Positions 49,105 through 57,963 of a stretch of 64,000 nucleotides of DNA are shown piece after piece. The stretch comes from Acholeplasma sp. CAG:878. Lineage in GTDB: Bacteria; Bacillota_I; Bacilli_A; RF39; UBA660. The stretch covers positions 11,270 to 75,269 of the forward strand of contig HF989914.1 in assembly GCA_000432255.1 (NCBI GenBank), written 5' to 3'. The position numbers were made by a program, and so were the translations under genes. The notes beneath the pieces were generated by a model. It was not told where the DNA came from. It was given only the letters and a program-made list of their open reading frames with translations, and made no database searches. Every line of letters begins with the position of its first letter. Within the stretch, counting starts at the first letter, position 1.

Positions 49105-50532
49105 TTATTTTACAACATAAGGATTAGCACTTGTTCCACTTCCAGACACAAGCGTATCAGCACTTAGGTTCAAAACTGGGCGGACGCCACGAGTAGCGCT
49201 GACATAATCGTAGTTAGTAGTACCATCACTATTAGCATACCAAGCATTAGCATTAGCACTATTATACATATTACTGAAGCCGGCGGGGCTCATAGTCCAA
49301 TAACTACTTCCACTATTCAAGTAATATGGATAACTACGCCCTCTTACATAATACCATCCTCCAGCATAGATTGTCTCATCATATGTTACTAATCCTACTT
49401 TTGATGTTACTACTCCTTTTCCATTTCCATCTGTTGTACATTCAAATGTTGGTGTATATGATTCTTTTGCTGTCAATTTTGTAGAACCTGTTTTTAATTT
49501 AAAATTAGTTCCATCATATGCAACTCTTGCAGCCTCACAGAAATAGTTTCCACTTACTACTTTACTTGCATTATCTCCTGTTATATTGGTAGTAAACCAA
49601 TTATCAACTACCGTTTTAAGTTCTGAATTTGTATAATACATTTTATCATATGTTTTGTATGTACTATTAAATTTATTGTATCCAATACTTGATGTTAACA
49701 TTATTCTAATTGTTCCATCTTCATTAACTCTTAATATTCTATAGTCTTTTCCTGCAAATTTTATGTAGTTATTTGTTGGATTTCCTCTGAAATAATATGT
49801 TTTATTACCCCCCAATGTTTGGGCATATAATCCGCTTTGGTCACTTGTTTGCCATGAAGTTGTCCAAGTTTGGTCAGTTGCTATTACATTAGAGTTATTT
49901 GTTCCTAATATTGCACTTTTTAAGCCAACTGTATTACTAACTGTTATTTTTACAGTTGCTTCTGCAGTTTTTCCATTTGTTCCTGTTGCTGTACATTTTA
50001 CTGTATGGTCTCCTGCATCTAATGAACTTACATTTTCTACTTCACATGTAACTTGTCCGCCAGTTTTTCCAAATTTTACATTGAAGCAATTTTTGATTTT
50101 TACATCTGTTCCTTTATTTACTGTTACTGCTGCTTCTTTCGCGCTAATAGTAGGTTGAAATTCATCAACTCCATCTTTTTCGCATGTTACTTTACTTGTT
50201 ATTTTGTCATTTTCATCAACATTTGAACAAGTATAGTTTTTCATTGATGCGAATTTTACTCCGACAATTTTGATTCCTCTTTCATCACTATTTTTTGAAT
50301 TATCTATTGTCCATGTCCCCATGTATGGATGTTCTCCTGCTATTGTTAAATCTGCTACTTCTCCTGATAGATTAACTGTTCCATCAGTTGAATTTAATAA
50401 TCCTTCTGCATATTTTGTTCTTACTGTATCGATTACTCCATAGCAACTATTTTCTAATGACTTAATTTTTGCATGGTTCCTCGTTCTTTCCATCTTTAGC
50501 GCAAGTAACTTTACTATTAATGGTTCCATCAC
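49105..50532 (-). pseudogene. 3' portion of a prepilin-type paralog: second copy of the head module + Ig-like segment + shared C-terminal domain. It has no signal peptide and is frame-disrupted relative to 50462..50902.
   Basis: Homology to 1417..2613 begins at ...AKIKSLENSCYGVIDTVRTKYAEGLLN, exactly at the stop of the upstream ORF but in another frame. There is no class III signal peptide of its own. The C-terminal 200 aa are paralogous to gene 1417..2613 (MSPAGF...GVRPVLNLSADTLVSGSGTSANPYVV). Confidence 0.5.
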
Positions 50533-50902
50533 TATTTACATTTGTACATGTATAATCTTTCATTGATGCAAATTTTACATCTTTTATTTTTATTCCTCGA
50601 TTATCTGGATTACTTGAATTATCAATCTCCCATATTCCAGCGATTGGTTGTTCTCCCGATACTGTTATTTCTGTTACATTTCCTTTTGATTTTACTGTTC
50701 CATCTTCTGAATTTAATAATCCTTCGGCATACTTTGTTCTTACCCCATCAATTACTTCATAACAACTATTTTCTATTGACTTAATTTTTTCATTTTCGAT
50801 TACATTAAATATTATTGGAGTAGCTATTAAGGCTATTATTGCTAGTACTATAATGACTGCTAATAATTCTATTAATGTAAATCCATTCTTTTTATTTTTC
50901 AT
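50462..50902 (-). CDS. Prepilin-type protein, N-terminal module only (146 aa); forms a frame-shifted tandem arrangement with 49105..50532
   Basis: MKNKKNG|FTLIELLAVIIVLAIIALI has a prepilin motif, then one head module (IENEKIKSIENSCYEVID...KVTC). It ends AKDGKNEEPCKN* where homology continues in the +1 frame. Confidence 0.6.
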   Translation of the reverse strand: MKNKKNGFTLIELLAVIIVLAIIALIATPIIFNVIENEKIKSIENSCYEVIDGVRTKYAEGLLNSEDGTVKSKGNVTEITVSGEQPIAGIWEIDNSSNPDNRGIKIKDVKFASMKDYTCTNVNSDGTINSKVTCAKDGKNEEPCKN

Positions 50903-50984
50903 TTTTACTTTCCTCTCTACTAATTATTTTTATACTTTAATCTCATCTTATTATATTTTTTATACCACTTCCTTTTATTAAGCA

Positions 50985-51125
50985 ACAAAAAAACACGAAA
51001 GAAACCTAGGCAATAAACCTAGTTTCTCCGTGTTTATTTATATGGTTAGTTAAATAACCCCCCATGTGTTAACTCATTGTATACATTATTTAACATAACC
51101 ATATCAATCACTCCTACTATTTAAA
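50985..51125 (-). promoter_or_regulatory. Conserved upstream element, copy B: promoter (TTGAAA-17-TATTAT), strong SD, 18-codon uORF, 17-bp inverted repeat, 15-bp-stem terminator
   Basis: Minus strand: TTGAAAaatgatttattatgtgtTATTATttaaatagtAGGAGTGattgatATGGTTATGTTAAATAATGTA...TTATTTAACTAACCATATAAATAAACACGGAGAAACTAGGtttattgCCTAGGTTTCTTTCGTGTTTTTTT. It shares the ATGGTTATGTTAAATA / TATTTAACTAACCATAT inverted repeat with copy A. Confidence 0.5.
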
Positions 51126-51156
51126 TAATAACACATAATAAATCATTTTTCAAGTA

Positions 51157-53655
51157 TTATTCTATGTCAATATTATCAATAATACCTTCAATTTGAAGCA
51201 TTCTATTATCAATATCATCTAACGATATATCTAATATTTCTTCTTCTATTTCTTTATTTTCTTTTGTTTTTTTAGTCAATTCTACTAATTCAAAACAATC
51301 TTTAATTCCTTTTTTATTAATAACTGTACCGGTTGAATATCTATCTACAATTGGCAATTCTGTTACTTTTAAATGTTTAATTTCATCAGTTAATATTAAA
51401 ATATTTTTAGTATTTACAAACGTTTTTAATATTTTGTATGGATTAGTTTTAACATCCCTAACTAATAAAATACCTTTTCTTGCTCTTGTGGATAATTCAA
51501 ATTCATTTAATTTAATTCTTTTTCCTGTACCATTTTCAGTAATTACAGTTATATAATCAGCACTATTAAATACTAAACCACTTCTAACTTCATCATTTTT
51601 CAAATTAATCGACTTAACGCCACTTGCTTTAATTCCAACAGTTGATACTTCCGATGTATTGTATCTTAAGGCATAACCATTTTTAGTTGTTACAAATATG
51701 TTATTGCCATCTACATTAGATACGCTTACCAATTTGTCATGATTTTTCAAATTCATACAACACATTGGTTTAGAATATCTATTAACTTTAAATTCATTTA
51801 AACTTGTTCTTTTTACAAAACCATCTTTGCTAAATAAAGTTATTAAAGTGTTGTTAAACTCATATACCGGCATACTTGCTATAATGTTTTCATCACTATT
51901 AAGTTTTACAATATTAGATATATGTTTACCTAATTCTTTCCACTTTAATTCTGGTATTTCATATACTGGTAAATATATATAATTACCTAAATCAGTAAAT
52001 AATAAAATTGTATTTAATGTATTAATTTCATATAATCCAATTAAATAATCTCCATCTTTTACTAGTGTGTCTTCATCTTTATTATAACTTCTAAGTGATA
52101 CTCTTTTAACATAACCTTCCTTAGTTATTGCTACTACGACGTCATCTTTTGGTAACATTTTAGTCGCATCTATTTTTATATCTTCGATTTCATCTAACAC
52201 TTCTGTTTTTCTATCTACGGCATAAAGTTTTTTAATTTCTCTTAATTCTTCTTTCATAACACTTTTCAAAACATCTACATTAGATAAAATAGAATTTAAT
52301 TTATCAACAATTATTTTTAAATTGTTAGCTTCTTCAATTAATTCAGAAACATCTGTATTAGTTAATTTATAAAGTTGTAATTCGACAATTGCTTTAGCTT
52401 GCTTTTCACTAAAATCATAGTTATTAACTAAATTAACTTCAGCATCACTTTTATTTTTACTACTTCTAATCGTTTTAATAACTTCATCTAAAATACTTAA
52501 AGCCTTAATTAATCCTTCAACAATATGTATTCTTGCTTTTGCGTGTTCTAAATCAAATTGTGTTCGTTTTAATATAACTTCCTTTTGATGAGCTATATAA
52601 GCGTCTAATATTGATAATATTCCTAAAACTACTGGTCTATGATTTACTATAGCAACCATATTATAGTTATAAGATATTTGCATATCAGTATTTTTCAATA
52701 AATAATTTACTATTAAATTTGTATCAGCATCTTTTTTTAAGTCGATTACTATTGTTTCTGGATTTTCTAAATCTGATTCATCTCTTACTTCTAAAATTCC
52801 TTCTATTTTTTTATCAATTCTAATTTCATCTATTTTTTTAACTAATAAACTTTTATTAACATCAAATGGAATTTCAGTTATTATTATTTGGTCTTTTCCT
52901 TTGTTTTTAACTATTTCATACTTTGATTTAACTATTACTTTTCCTTTTCCTGTTTTGAAAGCATCGATTATTCCTTGTTTTCCACAAACAATTCCTCCGG
53001 TTGGAAAATCTGGTCCTTTAATAATGTCTAAAATAGTATCTAAATAGCAATTAGGACTATCTATTCTTTTTATTGTAGCATCTATTACTTCACCTAAATT
53101 GTGAGGAGGAATGTTAGTTGCATATCCAGCACTTATTCCATTTGCTCCATTTACTAATAAATTGGGAAATCTTGCTGGTAAGACAGTTGGTTCGAATAAT
53201 GTGTCATCATAGTTATATGTCATTACAACTGTATCTTTATTTATGTCTTTTAATAATTCATTGCTTATTCTACCTAATCTTGCTTCGGTATAACGATAAG
53301 CGGCTGGACTATCCCCATCCATTGAACCATTATTACCATGCATATCGATATATAAAGTGTTTTGTTTCCACCATTGACTCATTCTTACCATTGCATCATA
53401 TATTGAAGCATCTCCATGTGGGTGGTAGTGTCCCATAACATCTCCAACGGTTTTTGCACATTTACGATATGGTTTATCATATGTGTTTTTACCTTGATAC
53501 ATTGTATATAAGATTCTTCTTTGAACAGGTTTTAAGCCATCCCTTACATCTGGTAAGGCTCTATCTTGAATAATTTCTTTAGCATATCTTGAAAACCTAT
53601 CCCCCATTATATCTTCTAGTGAATAATCATAAATTCTTTTGATTATATCTTGCAT
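51157..53655 (-). CDS. parC: DNA topoisomerase IV subunit A (type IIA topoisomerase A subunit; ParC rather than GyrA because there is no GyrA-box)
   Basis: LPDVRDGLKPVQRRILY, active-site Tyr region AAYRYTEARL; the C-terminal beta-pinwheel lacks a QRRGGKG GyrA box. It lies downstream of parE in the same operon and not in the dnaA context. Confidence 0.8.
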   Translation of the reverse strand: MQDIIKRIYDYSLEDIMGDRFSRYAKEIIQDRALPDVRDGLKPVQRRILYTMYQGKNTYDKPYRKCAKTVGDVMGHYHPHGDASIYDAMVRMSQWWKQNTLYIDMHGNNGSMDGDSPAAYRYTEARLGRISNELLKDINKDTVVMTYNYDDTLFEPTVLPARFPNLLVNGANGISAGYATNIPPHNLGEVIDATIKRIDSPNCYLDTILDIIKGPDFPTGGIVCGKQGIIDAFKTGKGKVIVKSKYEIVKNKGKDQIIITEIPFDVNKSLLVKKIDEIRIDKKIEGILEVRDESDLENPETIVIDLKKDADTNLIVNYLLKNTDMQISYNYNMVAIVNHRPVVLGILSILDAYIAHQKEVILKRTQFDLEHAKARIHIVEGLIKALSILDEVIKTIRSSKNKSDAEVNLVNNYDFSEKQAKAIVELQLYKLTNTDVSELIEEANNLKIIVDKLNSILSNVDVLKSVMKEELREIKKLYAVDRKTEVLDEIEDIKIDATKMLPKDDVVVAITKEGYVKRVSLRSYNKDEDTLVKDGDYLIGLYEINTLNTILLFTDLGNYIYLPVYEIPELKWKELGKHISNIVKLNSDENIIASMPVYEFNNTLITLFSKDGFVKRTSLNEFKVNRYSKPMCCMNLKNHDKLVSVSNVDGNNIFVTTKNGYALRYNTSEVSTVGIKASGVKSINLKNDEVRSGLVFNSADYITVITENGTGKRIKLNEFELSTRARKGILLVRDVKTNPYKILKTFVNTKNILILTDEIKHLKVTELPIVDRYSTGTVINKKGIKDCFELVELTKKTKENKEIEEEILDISLDDIDNRMLQIEGIIDNIDIE

Positions 53656-53665
53656 AATTCACCTC

Positions 53666-54235
53666 TTATTTAAATAATTGTTTAAATATAACAATTATAT
53701 TATTAATTAATATTTTAAAGTCGAACATAAAACTTAAATTATCATAATATTCAATATCACATTTTAATGTTTCACTATAACTAAGGTATCTTCCACCTCT
53801 TGATTGAGCTAAGCCAAAAATTCCTGGTTTTACTAGATATCTTTTTTCACTAATAGTGCCTTCTGGTAATTTTTCATTACATATGAATGCTCTAGGTCCT
53901 ATTAAAGACATATCACCCATTAAAACATTATAAAACTGTGGTAATTCATTTAGTGATAATTTATCTATTATTTTACTTGTCTTAGTATATGTACTATTTC
54001 CTTGCTTATCATAAACTCTAGTTCTTATTTTGTACATATAAAATGGTTTTTTATTTTTACCCTCTCTTGGTATTCTAATGTCGATAATCGGTTTTCCTAA
54101 ATTAATTAGAGTTATTAACATAACTATTAACATCGGAATAAAAGTTAAAATTATTAAAATCAACGATATAATTATATCTAATAATCTTTTAATATATTTT
54201 CTATACATAATCATCCTGTAAGGTAAAATCGACAT
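53666..54235 (-). CDS. Small monotopic phosphoglycosyl (sugar) transferase (Bac_transf family, PglC/EpsL-like)
   Basis: RLLDIIISLILIIL membrane helix, KPFYMYKIRT, LNELPQFYNVLMGDMSLIGPRAF, KPGIFGLAQS motifs. It is inserted between parE and parC and overlaps the parE 3' end by 35 nt. Confidence 0.75.
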   Translation of the reverse strand: MSILPYRMIMYRKYIKRLLDIIISLILIILTFIPMLIVMLITLINLGKPIIDIRIPREGKNKKPFYMYKIRTRVYDKQGNSTYTKTSKIIDKLSLNELPQFYNVLMGDMSLIGPRAFICNEKLPEGTISEKRYLVKPGIFGLAQSRGGRYLSYSETLKCDIEYYDNLSFMFDFKILINNIIVIFKQLFK

Positions 54236-56102
54236 TCTCTTCTATCCATTCTTTACGAGGTTCTACTTTATCCCCCATTAAAATGCTTACTCTTTTTTCT
54301 GCTAATAAGACATCGTTTATATTAACTTTAACTAAACTTCTAGTATCAGGATTCATTGTAGTTTCCCATAATTGATCAGCATTCATTTCTCCTAAACCTT
54401 TATATCTTTGTGTTTCTAACTTTAATTTAGATTTAGAAAGTATTTCTTTTCTCTCTTCATCAGTCCAAGCATAATATACTACTTTACCGCTAAATAGTTT
54501 ATATAAAGGTGGCATTGCAATATATAATTTTCCTTTTTCAATTAAAGGTTTCATATATCGATAAAAGAAAGTTAATAATAATATTTGAATGTGAGCCCCA
54601 TCAACATCAGCGTCAGTCATTATTATTATTTTATCGTAATTAGCATCATTAATATCAAAATCACTTCCAACACCAGCTCCAACTGTATGAATAATAGTGT
54701 TTATTTCCTCGTTTTTTAAAATCTCTTCTAATTTTGTTTTTTCACAGTTAAGTACCTTACCCCTAAGTGGTAAAATAGCTTGAAATTTACGGTCTCTTCC
54801 TTGTTTAGCAGAACCACCAGCTGAATCTCCTTCGACTAAAAATAATTCATTTTTGTTTGGATTTTTAGTTTGAGCTGGAGTTAATTTGCCACTCAATGCA
54901 TGTTCTTTTTTATTTTTACTTTTTCCGTTTCTTGCTTCATCGCGAGCACGTCTTGCTGCTTCTCTTACCATCTTACTTTTAACCATTTTGTCTAGTATAG
55001 AAGTTGCGACTGATTTATTTTCCTCTAAGAAAAATTGTAATTTTTCTGTAACGATACTTTCTGTGATTGTTCTTGCTTGAGGAGTACCTAATTTTGATTT
55101 TGTTTGTCCTTCAAATTGTAGTAAATTTTCTGGAATTTGCAAACTTATAATAGCTGTCAATCCTTCTCTAGTGTCGCTACCTTCTAAATTTTTATCTTTA
55201 TTTTTTAAGTATCCATTATTTTTAGCATAATCATTAAACACTTTAGTTAAAGCTGTTTTAAAGCCAACTTCATGAGTTCCACCATCAATTGTTTTAACAT
55301 TGTTAGCAAAACTAATTAAATTATCTTGGTATGTATCAGTATATTGAAAAGCCACTTCAACATTTATTCCATCTTTAACACTTTCAAAATGAACAACTTT
55401 GTGTAATTCTGGTTTACCATCATTTAAATATTCAACAAATGATTTTAATCCATTTTCATAGCAGAAAGTTTCATGTTTATCATCTTCTTCATCGATTACC
55501 TCAACAGTTAATCCCTTCAATAAAAAAGCTGATTCTTGCATTCTTTCACACACTGTCGTAAATGAAAATTGAATAGTTGAAAATATTTGAGTATCTGGTA
55601 GGAATCTAACAGTTGTTCCTGTTTTACTTGTTTTTTCTAATTTTTTTAGAGGTATTTTTACTTTACCACCGTTTTCAAATCTAATATAGTATGTATAACC
55701 ATCACGATTTATAGTGACTTCCATCCATTTTGATAAAGCATTAACAACACTTGCCCCAACTCCATGTAGACCACCTGATACTTTATATCCAGAATTTTCA
55801 AATTTACCTCCAGCGTGTAATACTGTATATATTACTTCAGGGGTAGACATTCCACTTGCATGCATCCCAACTGGAACACCTCTACCTTCATCAGATACAC
55901 TAACGCTTTTATCTTTATGTAATATTATTTTTATTTTTTTACCATAACCATTTAAAACCTCATCAATACTATTATCAACAATTTCCCAAATTAAATGGTG
56001 TAGGCCTCTTTTATCAGTTGAACCAATATACATACCTGGTCTTTTTCTAACTGCTTCTAATCCTTCTAATATTTTAATAGAACTTTCATCATAATTTGCC
56101 AT
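54201..56102 (-). CDS. parE: DNA topoisomerase IV subunit B (type IIA topoisomerase B subunit)
   Basis: GHKL ATPase (EIVDNSIDE, GLHGVGASVVNALS), TOPRIM (EGDSAGGSAKQGRDRKFQAILPLRGK), PLYKL. Confidence 0.85.
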   Translation of the reverse strand: MANYDESSIKILEGLEAVRKRPGMYIGSTDKRGLHHLIWEIVDNSIDEVLNGYGKKIKIILHKDKSVSVSDEGRGVPVGMHASGMSTPEVIYTVLHAGGKFENSGYKVSGGLHGVGASVVNALSKWMEVTINRDGYTYYIRFENGGKVKIPLKKLEKTSKTGTTVRFLPDTQIFSTIQFSFTTVCERMQESAFLLKGLTVEVIDEEDDKHETFCYENGLKSFVEYLNDGKPELHKVVHFESVKDGINVEVAFQYTDTYQDNLISFANNVKTIDGGTHEVGFKTALTKVFNDYAKNNGYLKNKDKNLEGSDTREGLTAIISLQIPENLLQFEGQTKSKLGTPQARTITESIVTEKLQFFLEENKSVATSILDKMVKSKMVREAARRARDEARNGKSKNKKEHALSGKLTPAQTKNPNKNELFLVEGDSAGGSAKQGRDRKFQAILPLRGKVLNCEKTKLEEILKNEEINTIIHTVGAGVGSDFDINDANYDKIIIMTDADVDGAHIQILLLTFFYRYMKPLIEKGKLYIAMPPLYKLFSGKVVYYAWTDEERKEILSKSKLKLETQRYKGLGEMNADQLWETTMNPDTRSLVKVNINDVLLAEKRVSILMGDKVEPRKEWIEENVDFTLQDDYV

Positions 56103-56161
56103 GTTCTCACCTAAACTTGATTATACATTATTTTGACTTAAAAAACAAGCAAAAAGAGGTA

Positions 56162-56524
56162 TTATTCTACCTCTTTAACATCAACTTCGTACCTAAGCCC
56201 ATCATTAGTATTTGTAACAGTAATTATAGTATCGTCACTAAATTTTTTACTACTTATTGGACTAATAACATCTTTTGTTATATATCCTTTTTCTTTTAAA
56301 TCACCTAGCGTTATTGTATAGCTTTGACTTAAATCCGGCAAAAGTTCTGGATTATCAGCAAAATAATTTTTTGTATTCTCAACAATACTATTAATTTGAA
56401 TATTATATGCGTTTTTTCTATTTTCTTTTAAACTTCTATCAACTATCGTAACAACAATCGTTGCAATAATACCAAGTAGTACAACCACTCCTAATAGTTC
56501 AACTAAAGTAAATCCTTTTTTCAT
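56162..56524 (-). CDS. ComGC/PulG-like major pseudopilin (prepilin-type N-terminus), orphan
   Basis: MKKG|FTLVELLGVVVLLGIIATIVV has a class III signal with Glu+5; 120 aa. It overlaps the murC stop by 4 nt. No comGA/GB or prepilin peptidase is present in the window. Confidence 0.7.
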   Translation of the reverse strand: MKKGFTLVELLGVVVLLGIIATIVVTIVDRSLKENRKNAYNIQINSIVENTKNYFADNPELLPDLSQSYTITLGDLKEKGYITKDVISPISSKKFSDDTIITVTNTNDGLRYEVDVKEVE

Positions 56525-57825
56525 TGCTCACCTTCTAACAATTTTTCATATTTTTCTTGTAATACATATATATCTTTACTACTCATAAAGATCATTACAG
56601 CATTTTTATGTTTCAATAATTTATCAACTAGAGCAAGTGACATATATTCACAACCAGGAACTTTTTCTTGAATTATTTTGTATGTGACATCATCATATCC
56701 CACTTCTTCTCTATCAACTCCAACATCCATAATATAAGCTTTATCTGCTAGTTTTAAGGCTTCAGCAAATTCGTTTGCCATTTCTTTAGTTCTTGATAGA
56801 GTATGTGTTTTTAAGATGGCTACGATTTCTTTATCTGGGTATTTTTGTCTTGCCCCTTTAATCGTTACCTTTACTTCTGTTGGATGGTGGGCGTAATCAT
56901 CAATTGTTACAATATCACCAATTACTTTTTCTTTGAACCTTCTTTTTGCTCCTTTAAATGTTTTCAAGTTTTTAGATACTTCTTTAGCATCTAATCTTTC
57001 ATAATAACAAACACCAATTACTGCTAAAGAATTTAAAAGCATATGTTTACCAAATAATGGTAAGTCAAAATGACCATAGTAATTATCTTCAACATAAACA
57101 TCAAAACTAGTACCTTCATTAGTATAATTAACATCACGGGCAACTATATCATTATCTTCATTTAAGCCATAAAAGAATATTGGTTTTTTTGGTTCAAGCA
57201 TATGTGTATATTGGTCATCACCACACGCTATAACCATCTTCTCAGCATTATTGGCATATTCTCTAAAAGCATCAATATAATCATCAATATCTTTGTAATA
57301 ATCTATATGATCTAATTCTATATTAGTTATTATAGCATATTGTGGGGTATAACTTAAAAAATGTCTTTTGTATTCACATGCTTCTAAAACAAAATAATTA
57401 TTTTCTTTTATAGCATAACCACTTCCATCACCAATTAAATAATTAGCACCTACTATATTATTTAACACATGACTTAACATAGCGCTTGTTGTTGTTTTAC
57501 CGTGGCAACCTGCAACTGTTATAGTATTAAACATTTTAGTTAATTTTCCAACCATCTCTTGATATGTATAAATTTTTAAATTTAATTCTTTTGCCCTTAC
57601 TACTTCTTCATTTGTATCTGAAAAAGCGTTTCCTTGAACTATAAGCATATCTTCTTTGATATTATCTTTATTAAATGGCAAAATTTTAATACCTCTTTCA
57701 ATTAAAGGTTTTTCTGTAAAGAAATGGTCAGGTTTATCACTTCCCATTACCTCATAACCCAAATCGAATAGAATTTGAGCTAAAGCACTCATACCTGTTC
57801 CTTTTATTCCAATTAAATAATACAT
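56521..57825 (-). CDS. murC: UDP-N-acetylmuramate--L-alanine ligase
   Basis: GIKGTGMSALAQIL N-terminus, Mur ligase central/C-terminal domains (TVAGCHGKTTTS). Confidence 0.9.
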   Translation of the reverse strand: MYYLIGIKGTGMSALAQILFDLGYEVMGSDKPDHFFTEKPLIERGIKILPFNKDNIKEDMLIVQGNAFSDTNEEVVRAKELNLKIYTYQEMVGKLTKMFNTITVAGCHGKTTTSAMLSHVLNNIVGANYLIGDGSGYAIKENNYFVLEACEYKRHFLSYTPQYAIITNIELDHIDYYKDIDDYIDAFREYANNAEKMVIACGDDQYTHMLEPKKPIFFYGLNEDNDIVARDVNYTNEGTSFDVYVEDNYYGHFDLPLFGKHMLLNSLAVIGVCYYERLDAKEVSKNLKTFKGAKRRFKEKVIGDIVTIDDYAHHPTEVKVTIKGARQKYPDKEIVAILKTHTLSRTKEMANEFAEALKLADKAYIMDVGVDREEVGYDDVTYKIIQEKVPGCEYMSLALVDKLLKHKNAVMIFMSSKDIYVLQEKYEKLLEGEQ

Positions 57826-57963
57826 AATACTCCTCCTTAGGAATTCATTATAATTATATTCATTAATAATATTTTAACGCAAATAATTATTATAGTCAAC
57901 TAAAACAAATTTTATATTACTATAAATAGTTGTATTAAAATTACAAAAATAAGAGTAAAACTC

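Noticed and set aside
50440-50540. Programmed ribosomal frameshift site joining the two pilin ORFs
   Set aside because: No slippery heptamer (X XXY YYZ) or stimulatory structure is evident at the junction. A duplication or gene-conversion scar or pseudogenisation is simpler. It is kept as an open possibility in the findings.
1563-55947. Numerous 60-106 aa ORFs antisense to or nested in annotated genes (for example 1563..1781+, 3294..3530+, 3973..4191+, 9215..9436+, 20206..20430+, 21508..22082+, 22888..23200+, 25850..26053+, 38208..38489+, 41171..41614+, 47006..47317-, 53118..53438+, 54886..55080+, 55714..55947+)
   Set aside because: All lie inside well-supported genes on the opposite strand or frame. 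They have biased low-complexity composition and lack SD sequences, so they are treated as spurious.
51157-56102. Calling the type IIA topoisomerase pair gyrB/gyrA
   Set aside because: The A subunit lacks a recognisable GyrA box (QRRGGKG) in its C-terminal domain. The genes are in parE-then-parC order away from a dnaA/dnaN/recF context. parE/parC are preferred, but gyrase is not fully excluded without the rest of the genome.
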